A stretch of DNA of 63,771 bases, counting the filler, from Octopus bimaculoides (taxonomy: Eukaryota): NCBI RefSeq assembly GCF_001194135.2. It is 7 parts of 7 records of this genome, joined end to end, with 100 filler letters (N's around TTAATTAATTAA, not from the genome) between each part and the next. Parts side by side here need not be neighbours in the genome. Positions count along the whole stretch, not along the records: positions 17,531 to 28,323 come from NC_068990.1; positions 28,424 to 39,184 come from NC_068988.1; 5 more parts are not named here. One strand, 5' to 3'. Both the position numbers and the translations under genes were made by a program. Position 1 is the first letter of the stretch. Every line of letters begins with the position of its first letter. Below, one piece after another: positions 23,582 through 36,938 of the stretch. The notes beneath the pieces are model-generated. The model ran no database searches and was not told where the DNA came from. It saw only the letters and a program-made list of their open reading frames with translations.

Positions 23582-24189
23582 CATGCACATACACATACCT
23601 AAGTATATAGGCATATATGTGTGTGTGCGTTGCATGTGTGTGAATGAGTATGTATGTATGTATGTATGTATGTATGTATGTATGTATGTATGTATGTATG
23701 TATGCAAGAATGTGTATGGATGGGTGTATGGATGGATGGATGGATGGATGGATGGATGGGTGGGTGGATGGGTGGGTGGATGGATGGACGTAGATGTGTA
23801 TTTCATGATTGATTCCTTACAAATGTAGACAAATACATCATGAACGAATGTGAGAGGAAGGAATTATTAAAATGATGGAAATATTAATAAATAATGCTAA
23901 TGTATTTATTTATTTATTAAATTACTAATGATGTTGCTGCTGTTGCTGCTGTTTCCTCTATCTACAGCACCTGCCATCACCCACTGCTGATAATGGGGCT
24001 TCCCTTAGTTGTGTTAATGAATTTTTCTCGTTGAGTCAGTATTAACGATAAAAGAAAAATATAAGAAACTGAAAGTAAAATATCCAATAATGAATTTGGA
24101 ACAGAAGGAATAGCAGAAAGAAAAAGAAAATTTAAGAATGAAACATGTCAGAGGACAGACAATATTTTCAGAACAAACAAAAAACAGAA

Positions 24190-24715
24190 TAAAAAACAAA
24201 CATTTCCAAATATACACGGCACAAGAAATATTAAAACATCTAACGATAGGATGTATAAATGGTATTGGGCAACATAAATTTCAAACAAAGCAGACGACAA
24301 ATGCTTCAAACATGCAGACAACAAAAAGTTTTAATATACCAGAAGGCAAACGTGTCACACACGTCAGGCGACAAACACTTCAAACATACCAGATGACAAA
24401 CATGTCAAACGACAAACATTTCCAATACACCAGACAACAAATATTTCAAACATGCAGATGACATATATTTCAAATACATCTTACAACAAACATTTCAAAC
24501 ATACCAGATCACTAACATATTCGATGACAAACGTGTCATATGTACCAGACAACAATGTTTCAAACATACAAGTCGGCAGACATATCAAACAATAAACGTT
24601 TCAAACATACTGGATGTCAAGCATTTCAAACATACCAGACGATAAAAAAATTCAAACATACCTGACAAAAAATGTTTGAAACATACCAAACAAAATCATT
24701 CAAAACATAGTAACC
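24190..24715. repeat. Degenerate minisatellite, ~24-bp unit (ACAAACATTTCAAACATACCAGAT)
   Basis: The TTTCAAACATACCAGA motif recurs at roughly 24-nt spacing. Confidence 0.85.
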
Positions 24716-24833
24716 AATTTAGCTACATTGGGTGACAAGAAACGTTTCAGAAGCTATTTCTTTAGATTTCATTTGTTCGTTATTTTCTTTGATTTCATTC
24801 GTTTGTTATTTTGATTTAGAACGAATTATTCAA

Positions 24834-25015
24834 TACAGTTCTATATTTAAGAGATGAGGAATTATTTACATTATTTACATTTGATGGGTATTTGTCCTCA
24901 TCTTGTTTGTTGTTAACACAACGTTTTGGCTGATATACCCTCCAGCCTTCATCAGATGTCTTGGGGAAATTTCGAACCTGAGTTTTCAATCCTAAGGTAT
25001 TTTTCAATGTTGTTA

Positions 25016-25108
<93 letters not shown>

Positions 25109-25850
25109 TCACTGCTTGGAATCAAACTCGGAATCTTGGGGTTAGTAGCCAATGCTCTTAACCACTACACCAATTGCCCGTGGGCTTCTTTTTTTTATGG
25201 CTATTCCTTCAATAGGGGGGGGGGGGCTATTATGTCCACGTATAGAATGTGCTTGATGGTTGTAGCAAAGTTGAGACCTTTGTTTAGTACTGATTCTTCG
25301 GAGCTTTCTAGATGCTGGCTACTTACATTAATTACTGCTTTCACAGGTGGGTGACGGACTTCACAGTCTTCATTCTCTGACCTTTGGGTTTCATAAACTT
25401 CTTAATCTGACCTGTCTTCACCATTTCAAATTCTTTCATGTATGACTTTTCCAGATCTTGTTGGATTCTCTTTCTGTCATCATTTCTGGTTATTTTCTTA
25501 AGTAATGAAGATAACCTCTCTTTGATTTCGTTATTTAGTTTCAGCATGCATACAATTTCCCAATACTTTCGTACAACTTTTTTATTTTATCATTTTTTGT
25601 TTTTTTTATTTTGTCCAAACAGATTCCTCGTATGGTGAGTTTTAATTATAGAAAAGAAAAACTGTTGACTTTTCTTATTATTTGATTTCTCCTCTGTTTT
25701 CTTTCTTTATTTTTAAACCAAGAAACAGCTTTTATCAAATGAAATCTAAAAGAAAGAAAATAGGCACATGGAGACAGAAGGTCAACTAGATCTAAAACAC
25801 ACACACACACAAATAAATGTTCCTGCAATGGCCACCCTGTCTTTTTCCTA
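24834..25850 (-). mobile_element. Penelope ORF N-terminal stub + tRNA-like head + (AAT)n + hammerhead + tail
   Basis: 25190-25340 translates NVSSQHLESSEESVLNKGLNFATTIKHILYVDIIAP (PLE N-terminal NLS...L.KGLNF motif). It is followed by the same tRNA-like head (25105-25172) and HHR module as 1108-1362. Confidence 0.8.
24915..24960 (-). ncRNA. Hammerhead motif, probably inactive (G12A)
   Basis: GACAT-CTGATGA-A-GGCTG-GAGGGTATAT-CAGCC-AAAAC-GTT-GTGTT. Stem II is perfect but GAAA has become AAAA. Confidence 0.7.
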
Positions 25851-26599
25851 GATATTGTGTATGAAAGAAAACATTATACAATGTTTCCTCTGCGGTATGA
25901 GGTATGGTTCGAGGGCGATTTGATTTCTATTTCAAGCAGCTCGAGTGGCCACGTAGATGCTTCCCTATTGGCTCATGCTGCTTCAGCTGCCGAAGGTAAT
26001 GCTGTTTCTGATGGTGATAGTGGTGGCTTATTTATTTGTCGAAAGGTGATGATTTATTTGTTCACAACTCAGAGTTTCTATCAATTCGTGGTCATTCAGG
26101 CAATAAGAATATTTAAAGTGAGATTGAAATATCCATCGTGATTCTTTCATTATGCTGTTATTTGATTCCCAATACAGGATCAAGTCACTTCTAATTAATG
26201 TCAGTTAAATAGTGAAGAAAACATGAAACATGACATTGATACAAACAAGATATTAGCGGCTCGTGATAAATATTTATATCCCTGACGTGCATACATGCAT
26301 ACAAACATACATACATACATGCATGCATATATGTACGTTAGTAAGTATATATGTGTTTTATGTGTAATTAAACATAGAGGCGATCAGTCATTAATTTAAA
26401 AAGCACTCAAATATGTGTGCGTGTGTGTGTGTGTTTATATGTGAGTGCATGCACTTGTTCGTGTTTGAATGGCTAGTTATAACATTATCAAATGAAGAGC
26501 TGAAAACAGAAAATATAATTTTTTTTTATGTCTTGAACACTTAACAGTAAAACAAACATTTGGCACCTGGGAATTAATCATTAGACACACACACACAAG

Positions 26600-26631
<32 letters not shown>

Positions 26632-26880
26632 CACACACACACACACACAAAAGCAGATAGACATACACAAAACATGCATAATACACATAAATATAGAGTT
26701 ATTTATTTGAAAGCCTCGCCGGTAGTGATTGCAGATGATGTGAAAACATTCTGCTGTTCCCTTAAGTAAACAGGAACCTGTCGTAAGCACAGCTCTCTGC
26801 TTAATGTTGACCAAACTGCTTGAATTTAAATTTTGACTGTCAGGTTTGTTTTTGTTGTGTCTGAATGTTGACTGCATTTT

Positions 26881-27300
26881 CTTTTATTCTTTTACTTGTT
26901 TCAGTCATTTGACTGCGGCCATGCTGGGGCACCACCTTTCAGTTGAGCAAATCGACCCCAGGACTTATTCTTTGTAAGCCTAGTACTTATTCTATTGGTC
27001 TCTATTTTTTGCCAAACTACTAAGTTACGGGGACGTAAATACACCAGCATCGCATGTCAAGTGATGTTGGGTGTGGGGGAGACAAACACAGACACAACAA
27101 CACACACACACACACACACATATACATATATACATATATACAACAGGGTTCTTTCAGTTTCCGTCTACCAAATCCACTCACAAGGCATTGGTCGGCCCGA
27201 GGCTATAGTAGAAGACACTTGCCCAAGGTACCACACAGTAGGACTGAACCCGGAAACATGTGGTTCGTAAGCAAGCTACTTACCACACAGCCACTCCTGC
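26881..27300 (-). mobile_element. tRNA-derived SINE family C (CORE-like)
   Basis: Minus-strand head GCAGGAGTGGCTGTGTGGTAAGTAGCTTGC...GGGTTCAGTCC, CORE-like ACCTTGGGCAAGTGTCTT, an internal (TG) tract and a short repeat tail. Confidence 0.85.
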
Positions 27301-27538
27301 ATGTTTATTTTTAGCACAGTGATGTGTTAAAAATTTTTTTTGCTAATGTTGTATTATTTAGTTTCATTTTGTGCTGCATGATACAAATGCATTCCAAATG
27401 TTCTTTGTGAAAAGTGCAGCGAGTGAATATCGTACTCGTATGACCAAGACAAAAGCTGGAGACGGGAAGTTCACATGTTTGCAATCGAACTCATAAACTC
27501 ACAAGTGGGCTTAACAGACTTTTGTCATTTTTATATGG

Positions 27539-27654
<116 letters not shown>

Positions 27655-28423
27655 CTTTTGTCTATGTCTATCAACAAGGAGTATAAATGTCGGGCAAGAA
27701 GAGAGATAAACTTGATACTTTGCAAATGAAAGGCCTTTTGTCCTACTTGTTCTGTGCTGTGTTTTGCACTCTCACTTTCTGTCTGTCGAAAAGGAAGTGA
27801 ACTGGTGACCAGACAACTGGGAATTTGTAATTAGCAATGCTATTGTTCACCAATTGTGTATGTAAAACGAAAATTTGAAGAAAGGTGAATCTGAACATCA
27901 TGATGATGACAACGAGGACGAGTAGGAGGAGGAGGATGGTGGTGGCAAATGATGATGATGATGGTGGTGGTGGTGGTGGTGGTAATTTTAATGATAAGGA
28001 CAAGGTCAAGGACAAAAAGCAACAAAAATAAATGACAATCTGCTGACTTCTGGAATTTTTTTTTTTACAGAAAACAAATTTGATAAAATATTCAGGCAAA
28101 AGAATAAATAAATAAATAAATGTAAGATCGATAAATAAATGTGTAAATTAAACGAAGAATGCATAGTTGTAAGTTAGAAAGAGTAAGAGGGGGGGGGGCG
28201 AGAAGTAAGTGGTGGCAATGGTTTGGTGAGTGTGGTGTGCGAAGCAGGGGGGAATTGTGGCGATGGTGGTGGTAGTGGTGTGAAGTAGAGATGGTAGTGG
28301 TAGTGGTGGTGGTGGTGGTGGTGNNNNNNNNNNNNNNNNNNNNNNNNNNNNNNNNNNNNNNNNNNNNTTAATTAATTAANNNNNNNNNNNNNNNNNNNNN
28401 NNNNNNNNNNNNNNNNNNNNNNN

Positions 28424-28454
<31 letters not shown>

Positions 28455-28590
28455 CCAAATGACAATGGCTGCACACACCTCAAGATCGCGGGGTTGCACC
28501 TAGTGGTGCAGTAATTACTAACATGAAGTTATTCTAAACATTGTAGTGGTGGTGGTGGTAGTAGTAGTAGTAATAGTAGTAGTAGTAGTA

Positions 28591-28830
28591 GTTTCAAATT
28601 TTACCACAAGAGCAGTAATTTGGGGGGAGGAGATGAGTCGATTACATCGACCCCAGTGTTCAACTGGCACTCATTTTACCGACCCCGAATGTATAAAATG
28701 TAAAGTCGATCTCGGCGTAATTTGAACTTAGTAGGGCGAAATATCGTTATGCATTTCGCCCGGCGTGTTAACGTTTCTGCCAGCTCGCTGCCTTAACAAC
28801 AAGAACAACAACAACAACAAAAACAATAAC

Positions 28831-28864
<34 letters not shown>

Positions 28865-29285
28865 TCTATAGTAGGCACAAGGTCTGAAGTCTTGTGGGGA
28901 GGAACGATTTGATTGCATCGACCCCAGTACTCAACTTGTACTTAATTTATCGACACTGAAAGGATGAAAGGCAAAGTTGACCTCGGCGAAATTTGACCTC
29001 AGAACGTTGCAACGGGTGAAATACCGCTATGCATTTCGTCCAGCGTGCTAATGATTCTGCCAGCTTGCTACCTTACCAACAACAACAACAACAATAATCA
29101 TTTCTAACATAGGCATAAAGGCCTGGAATTTTTTTTGAAGGTCGGGGGGGTCGATGTAATCGACCGCAGTACTCAACTGGTACTTAATTTATCGATCCCG
29201 AAAGGATGAAGGGTAAAGTCGACCTCGGCAGAATTTGAACCCAGAACATAAGTGAAATTCCGTTAAGCATTTCGTCCAGCGTGCT
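28591..29285 (-). mobile_element. Three tandem SINE family B copies (28591-28794, 28862-29074, 29101-29285) separated by (AAC)/(AAT)n
   Basis: Each has TCGACCCCAGT..TCAACTGG.ACT, AAAGTCGACCTCGGC and GCATTTCG.CC.GCGTG.T. Confidence 0.9.
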
Positions 29286-29399
29286 GCTTTATCAACAAGA
29301 ACAACAATAATAATATTAATAATAATAATGTAGACAAGAAGATAAAGTAGAAGATTAAAATGTAGAAAATGCAATACAATGAAAGCAAGGAAAAGATAC

Positions 29400-32100
29400 A
29401 AATTAATATATTAAAGACATAAATATCGGAATCACAATTTATAAAGACAGAACAAACAAGAGAAATATCTAATACAAGAAAAGAAAACAGTAACAATGTA
29501 ACAACAGTCCAAGCAACATACCTATAGAACATTAGACAATAAAACCTGAAGCAGAACTACACTAAGATATAAACACTATTGGATATGAGAAAGATTTAAG
29601 GTTTGATGTTTCTAAAGCTAGACATTTCAAATATGAGTAAAATCTAAAGGTGAAAATAGTTAAAGAATTAAAATCGATCGATCTTCCTCTGAAGCAATGA
29701 CAGACCATCCCAAAATAAAAATTTAATAATATAATACCAACAACGATGCTCAAATAAAATGCAAACGTCGCCAGCGTAGTCTCGCTGAAAACAGATAAGA
29801 ACATCAATATCACCAGAATAAATCAATTTATTTATGCTGTAACCATAGGCGTCATAAAGAAATATGAAGACCTCCTCAATCTGTCTCATACAGCAATAGT
29901 TACACTCAGTCAAGCATATGGGTTCTAACCAATATATAAAGAAAGAAAATATAAGAGAAATCGACAATGAAACCACAAGAAACAGATCTAAATACAACAA
30001 AAATAAATAAATAAGATAACTAATAAGAATAATACACCATAGAAAACACCTACAAGAAGAATTTGTTGAATAGTCATAAAGATTCCGTGGTTGTGAAAAT
30101 TGTTAAGAGTTTTGAATAAAACAAATAGATTGTTTCCAACCAAAAACGATTTTTAGCAAGAACTTCTTAGGAATGAAATAGAGATCAACAAAAGCAGTAA
30201 AAGATTTGTGAGGAGGTGTGTATGATAGATAAGAAGGCTAACCATTTGAAGCATATCAGCAAAATAATTCTCATATGAAATAAAAAGAGAAGTAACGAAA
30301 ATACTACAAAATACATAAAGCAGGAAACTAGCCAGAGATGATAAAATGCTAAACTTGTGGATAAACATCTGAAGTTAAATATAAATTAACTGTGAGGAGA
30401 ATCAATGACTTACAGGAAGAACAACTGATTACCCAAGTGAGAGAAAAATCGTAAACTAAGGAAACTTCAAATCATCACAACAGTCGACAATGGGAAATCT
30501 TCCACAAAAAAGAATTTGATTGTTTATGGTTCAATAATTGGTCTTCTTATCTGTATAAAGGTTTAAAGAAGAGAAATGTCCTTCACTCAAAGGTTCTGGA
30601 GATATTACCAGTGAGTTAACGTAACGCCAATAATAAGCAGATACACTAAACAGGCTCTGAATAAACACACATAAGACTAACCTTGATGTGTAACCAAACA
30701 GAATGAGAAACAAAAAACAGTGGAATGATAATCAACCATCTTACTACATCTATGGAGTACTAATTCAAATAAAGAACTCGCATCTAATTCGATTTAGAAA
30801 AGTTTTGAAGAGGGGGAATAGCTAAAACCAAATAATATATTAGATAAACTGAAACGCTTGACTAATTTTTGTCAGTTCAAACCATTACCAGTTTACACAT
30901 GAGAGACATGTCAGATTTTGGATTCAGGTAACGAAACAATGTACAAACATTTAGATAGAATGGTAAAAACAGATTAGATCAATAATTAAAAATGAGCTAA
31001 ATACTTACATGGTTTCAAGTTAATAATGAGAACCACCAAATCACAAATGAAGGAATATTGGCTTCAAATTTTGGTACTAGGTCAGCAATTTCAGAGAAGC
31101 GGGTATGTCAATTACATCGATCCCAGTGCTCATCTGGCACTTATTTTATTGACTCCAAAAGAATTAGAGGCAAAATCGACCTGGGCGGAATTTGAACGTA
31201 AAGACGGAAGAAATGACACTAAGCATTTTACCCAGCGTGCTAACAACTCTGTCAGCTCGCCGCTTTCACAGACAAAGAAGTATTATGGGAGAAACATATG
31301 CAGGTAACTATCTTCCTGTAAGTAGAATCAGCGTACAAAATGACTACAAAAATCCATTAAAGAATAAAACTTATACAATACAAATATATGCAAAATACGA
31401 AGGAAAATAGCTATGATCTGTTTTCAGAGAGATCAACAAATATAAAACAGATTGGAGTAACGGACTAAAACCTGATCTAAAAACGGGATTATAAAATGTC
31501 ATACTAAACCATTTGCAAAAGTCGATAAAATATTCATCACATGCTGAGAATCACATATCTCAAATCTATGATGAAAAAGTTTTCGAGTTTGACTCAAGAA
31601 ACTACTAAAAGGAAATTTCTCAATAAAAACTATCAAAAACATATAACCAATTAATGATTTTTCTTGACGTAACTGCATACGTGAATAATAAATCAGTCAC
31701 ATTTCTCTGGTTTCGTTACTTCTTAACAAAAGACAGCTAACAGGAACATATATAAGTACTTTGCAGCAACCATACACTGGAAATTGTCAGTATTATGAAA
31801 TATATATCGAAAATTAAGGTGCTATAAATGTACACCATGTGTCTCCAGCAGTAGCAGAGTATCCGGTTCTGGGATAAGACAACCTTCAGAAACAAAGAGA
31901 TTACGGAAGTTTGGTCATATATTATTACATAAGGACAAACAAATTTAAGGTCTTTTTATTTGAATCATTTGAAAAAAGACAACAGCAAATATGCCTATGA
32001 AGGAAATGGGAGAAATATAGAAATATAAGCATTTCAGAAATTCAAAACGTAAAAACTATAAACAGAAATTATAAAAAGAGATTCTAACAAATATCACGTT
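29400..32100 (+). mobile_element. Old, heavily decayed RLE-type LINE (N-terminal/RT-proximal region), interrupted by a SINE
   Basis: Patchy motifs NITRINQFIYAV, NLWINI and a NGKS...LWFNNW segment resemble the pre-RT region of R4/Dong elements. Many stops. Confidence 0.4.
31064..31265 (-). mobile_element. SINE family B
   Basis: TTCAAATTTTGGTACTAGG, TCGACCTGGGCGGAATTTGAAC and CTGTCAGCTCGCCGC. Confidence 0.85.
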
Positions 32101-32989
32101 AGAAAGAAAGTCCTGTCACATTTCAAGACAGGAAGGAAACCAATGCTTCTTTGACTTTAACTCGCAATTAATAAGCTCTTTTACCACTATACAATGCAGC
32201 AATGCTGATCTTACTCCGTTTGACTGTCATCTGAAAAGATGATAGCCAGATGGAGCAAGGTCAAGAGAATAAGGAAGATGACGCAAAACTTCCATATATC
32301 ATGCCATAATCATTTCGTGAGTGACTTGGGCAACGAGTGAGCTTACATTATATAGTGAGAGCAATATTCCTTTATAATGTTTGATGTGGACTCGAATTAA
32401 AATCATTTTAAAAAGAGTAAAAATCGATAAGAATTTGGTTACTGTGGTATGAATTAATTTGCAACGAAAGAAAAATAAACATTAAAATGCTTATTTTATC
32501 TTAAGTATTGAAACAGTACCTTCAAATTGATCATGTCAGAAATGGGACAGGACTTTCTTTCCGATCTAACAAATTAACCGAAGCACCAACACTTGTATAT
32601 ACAGTAAATAACTTTCTTACCACTGGACACATTATGTAGAAGAAATTGAATATAAAGTAAAATACTTAAGTTTACTATGGGATACAACGCAGTGACTTCA
32701 GCCATCATTGCGATAGGAAATGAACTGGATTTACTAGATACAAAGTACTACAGTCTGTCATGTGTATACTGAAGAACTTCACCGTGGGCAGTAAGGGAGA
32801 GATGACTAGATTATGCATTTTCTAGTTTATTAACCTTCAACAGCAACCAAATACAATATATTTTATTAGCTACTTCAAAATTGCATTTAAATCTACTGCT
32901 ATTGATCTTATAGCAGTAGGAGAAAGTGTCAATGGGGTGGATTTGTCTGAGGTAAACCTCAACTTGCCAGGAAGTGACCCACACACATG

Positions 32990-33660
32990 GTTTCACGACC
33001 TTCTTCTGCGGGACATAAAGAATGAGACATGCAAAATCCAGTTATGAAACTGCAATCAACTGCTGCTGTCCCGATTAATAGTTTTGAGTTGCGCCTTTTG
33101 TAGCATGTCCTTCATGCGTAGCACTTTTCAACTGCTGATTCAGGTATTGAGATCTGCTGTTATCATCACCCGCTTGTGCCACCCTACAACATTAAGAAAT
33201 TTAATGTCACGCTTGCAAACATCTTTGAAATGCCATACATTAGGTCGTTTGGAATACTCTCATCTGGCATGCAATATGCATGGCCCAAACAATGAAGCGT
33301 CACTGTTACAGTAAGATGCGGAGCGAGTGTGTGCAACCTAGAATCATATAATTGGTGATTCCATCAATCCACATGATGTTTAGAATTTGTCTCAAGCTGT
33401 GTGGATAGAATGCATTGAGATACTACTCCTGTTTTAGATGCTCCAAGTCCCACTGCCATGAATCAGTTCACTGAGGACGCAAGCTCTGTAGACTGGTGTG
33501 CACCATTAGCTTACTGTTTTCATTGACTTTGTGAGGAGGTAAGCACTATCAGTTGATGTTCTAAAAGTATGCAGCAGCATGGTAGCAAAGGAGATACCAA
33601 ACAGGAAAAAAGCAAGTACTCATCCTTGTTTTACTTCACTGCGAATTCTGAAGGTTTCCA
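32990..33660 (-). mobile_element. Decayed RTE LINE 3' fragment
   Basis: Degenerate match to the RTE C-terminus (ITN..IL, L.W.GH..RM.D...PK..YG, F+D.CKRD.K), paralleling the better preserved 60240-61105 copy. Confidence 0.65.
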
Positions 33661-33799
33661 AGGAAGAGTCATAGAACAAATATGACTTTCTTGTCTGAAT
33701 AGAATAACTGAATATCCTGAATCAATGGATAGCAACTAATGCACCTCCTTTTCTCAAATAACATTGTACTCAAGGCTAAAACAACAGACCAGCTACAGA

Positions 33800-34142
33800 C
33801 CACGCCGGGTAAAGACTCCCTTCGGTCATGACTGACCATGGGATTGTACCTAGAAGTTACCCTCCAAAGCACAAGTCCAAGCAACGCTGTTTATGAAAGA
33901 TCAGCAGTCGCTCATGCATATTAGCCTCCCCTTTCCACGCTACCCATGTTATCCAAGGGAAAGGCAAATGCTGACACAGTTTGGCACCAGTGACGTCGCA
34001 ACTCATTTCTACAGCTGAGGGAACTGGAGCAACGTAAAATAAAGTGTCCTGCTCTAGAAGAATACACAGTCCGGTCCAGGAATCGAACTCACTACCTCAT
34101 GATTGTGAGCCTGGTACTCTGACCACTGAGCCATGCGCCTTC
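33800..34142 (-). mobile_element. tRNA-derived CORE-type SINE family D
   Basis: Head GGCGCATGGCTCAGTGGT...GAGTTCGATTCC, CORE-like CACTTTATTTTACGTTGCTCCAGTTCCCTCAGCTGTAGAAATGAG, distinct tail. Confidence 0.85.
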
Positions 34143-34489
34143 AGAACTGGATACTCATAGCTTAGCAGTAGACCCTAAAATGAACCACATAAAAACAAGC
34201 TGCATGCAGTTTGAAGACATGGCAAAAGGTCGAATAGAGGTGGGAAGTAATGAAATCAAAGATAAACGAGTACGTCTAATTAGGGCTCAGATATGCAGCG
34301 TGATATGGATGCTGAAATCTCAAAGAGAATAAGCATTGGATGGAAAGTGTTTACCTCAATAAAGATATGCCCATAATATACGTATATATACGTATATATA
34401 TAAAATCAAACACTGCAATTTATGGTATTGTCTTCAATTCATAGTCATTTTCACAGAAAACGGGAAATACACTTCATAAATATGAATAA

Positions 34490-34858
34490 TTTTATTCTTT
34501 TATTCTTTTATGCATTTCACCCCCAAGGGCTGCGGTTATGCTGGGGTATCGCCAGCGTTGTCACCTTTTCAGTGACCAGCCTTATATGATTGACTTTTGG
34601 TGAATGAGGGAGGTCATATTTCTGTCCCCTTTTTAGTTTCTTACTGCGATGTAGGCTCATCTGGGACCTTGGACACCAGGAAATCAAGTTGTTTCATGAA
34701 AGCATCCACCCCAACTCCGTGTATATCTCTTAAATTGTTTGGCAAGGTATTAAATAGCCGTGGGCCCTTGAATCTGAAGCTGTTGCAATACATGGCCCTC
34801 ATACTAGATGGTATAACTGAGGCCTTAATATTAATGAACATTAACATTGGGTTCATAT
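34490..34858 (-). mobile_element. CR1/L2-like LINE 3' end
   Basis: SFRFKGPRLFNTLPNNLRDI...FMKQLDFLVSKVPDEP, then a 3' UTR ending in (ATAAAAGA)n. Confidence 0.85.
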
Positions 34859-35253
34859 TTCACAAGCCGTATAATTTCGAGGGATGGGTAAGCCAATTAC
34901 ATCAACTCCAGTGCTTAATTGGTCCTTATTTTGTTGATACCAAAAGGCAAAATTGATATCGGTGGAGTTTGAACTCACGACGTAATGACTGAAGAAATGC
35001 TGCAAAGCATTTTGCCCAGGGTGCTAAAGATTCTTTTCTACTCTAGGCACGAGGCCCAATTTTCTTTTTTTTTTGCNNNNNNNNNNNGGGGGGGGGGGGG
35101 AGAGTCGATTAGATCGACCTCAGTATGCAACTGGTACTTAATTTATCGCCCCCGAAGGGATGAAAGGCAAAGTCGCCCTCGGCGGAATTTAAACTCAGAC
35201 CGTAAAGACAGACGAAATACCGTTAAGCATTTCGCTCGGCGTGCTAAAGTTTC
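34858..35253 (-). mobile_element. Two tandem SINE family B copies; the head of the second continues at 36939-36970
   Basis: The body at 35031-35253 joins seamlessly to 36954-36970 to rebuild the intact head seen at 28755-28794. Confidence 0.85.
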
Positions 35254-36938
35254 TAATTTTTTTATTACCCACTACGGGGCGAACATAGAGGGGCCAATAC
35301 ACAACATGTGGGGACATATTAACAGAGGAAAAAATTAGAACCAACGTATGAAAAAAGGACATGAAAAGTGAAATGAAAAATGGAATGAAGCCATTCTACA
35401 CCACTTCATAGCAGCTTCATTTATACCTTTTAACTTCGTTCCAGCTAGAATATCGATTCCTAATTCTTCTACCTCTTCCTCATATCTCATATACTGTGGT
35501 AATACGTCCCAATCCAATTTCACCTCCCAACACCTATATCCGCTTTTTAAACTTATTTTTTTCTTTCTGTTCATCCGAGCACAACGCGCAACAGTGCCAT
35601 CCCTTTATGTTGTCAAAACTGCTTTAAAGTCTTCCCAAGATAACACTTCTTTACAGTTTTTCATTTGAGTCATTCATTACTGCCTGGTATTTTTTTTTCT
35701 TTTTGTTTGTCTGGAGGGAGGGAGTTTGGGAGTTCTTGTCTGTTTGTACATTTTTTTCAGTATCAGAGGGGATGGGCAAGTTTGATGACTGTAGTGGGAG
35801 GGGTCGAAGAGGGTGTGGGTGGTTGTTGGGTGGTCATGGGGCTTAATTATTTTCTTTTTCTCTTGTTCCTTTTTCGTATTGTTTCCCATTCGTTGTCTGT
35901 TTTTTTTTCTTCTTTACTTCTGTTGATATTTTTTTTTCCTCTTTATTTTCTTGCTCTTTCTGAGGCTCTTCATCTTGTATCTCCGTCTTTTTGGTCGGTG
36001 ACGGGCAGTCCGCTCTGATGTGGTCCTTCAAGCCACACTTAAAGCATCGAGGGATTCTGCCCTCCACTCTGACCCTCATTATCACGTCGTCCATAATTAT
36101 TGTTTCTGTAATGTTTTCTACGGTTCCGGTTGAATCTTGAATAATGAAGTCCAATAGCTGTCCCTTCCATATAACACTTTGCGTTTTTGTGGCCTGGAGA
36201 ACCGCTATGTTGTCCTTGTTTCCCAGCAAGACAGCGGCTGCTATCCAGGCCACATTTATCTCTGGCGGATTTTCCTCCACCCTAACTCTGACCGCACGTT
36301 GTCCACGGTAAGTGGGCAAAAGCACCACCTCCTCACTCGTAATGGTAGTCGCTGCGTGCCTTTTTCCTGTTTCCGCGTCCTTGAATCTCACCTCCACTAC
36401 TCCGAACTTAGTACCTCTCGCAAGGTACACAATTTCATGCCAAATTGGTCTTATCGCTTTTTCGATTTGTCCAGTGGTCATGACATCAATTTTTTCCTTT
36501 AATTATTGAAAATGTTATGTACAAAATTGTTCTTTCTTTCATATTATTAAGCGTCTCTTGTGGGAAGGACAATTTAACGTCAAATCCATCGCGACTTAAT
36601 ACATTTTTGTAATTTTCAAATTTACCAATATCAATATCATTTTTCTGGCACTTTGCACCTCTGCAAAGTTTCTATTTTCTTCATTTAAGTTTTCGTCCAT
36701 TTTCTTGACTCTTTTCAAAAATTCTTTCTCTGTTAACGACATATCTGAAAAGCTGAAGTCTTCTTCAGACATCGTTTTCACTAAGCCGATCCTCCTCTAT
36801 GAGGAGGGAAAACACAAACAAATGGCTCCAAAGCAGCACAAAAACAGTTTACAAAGTGTTAAAAAAACACTGACACAAAATTACAGCGATATTAACGCTG
36901 TGAAGATTACTGTCAAAATAACTTAAAAACACCGTGTA
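35254..36938 (-). mobile_element. ORF1-only L1/Tx1-like retroelement (HAL1-like) with 15-bp TSD
   Basis: ORF 35843-36481 has an RRM-like region and the CCHC knuckle CFKCGLKDHIRADC. A frameshifted N-terminus starts ~36772 (MSEEDFSF). There is an A-rich tail, and no EN or RT motifs are seen. TSD is GCGTGCTAAAGTTTC (35239-35253) / GCATGCTAACGTTTC (36939-36953). Confidence 0.8.
35843..36481 (-). pseudogene. Gag-like LINE ORF1 protein with zinc knuckle (frameshifted at both ends)
   Basis: 212-aa non-repetitive open frame, CX2CX4HX4C motif, and a Lys/Glu-rich tail. Confidence 0.8.

Noticed and set aside
21440-24715. Minisatellites as CRISPR arrays or repeat-protein exons
   Set aside because: No spacers, frames are interrupted by stops or are low-complexity, and no splice context is seen.
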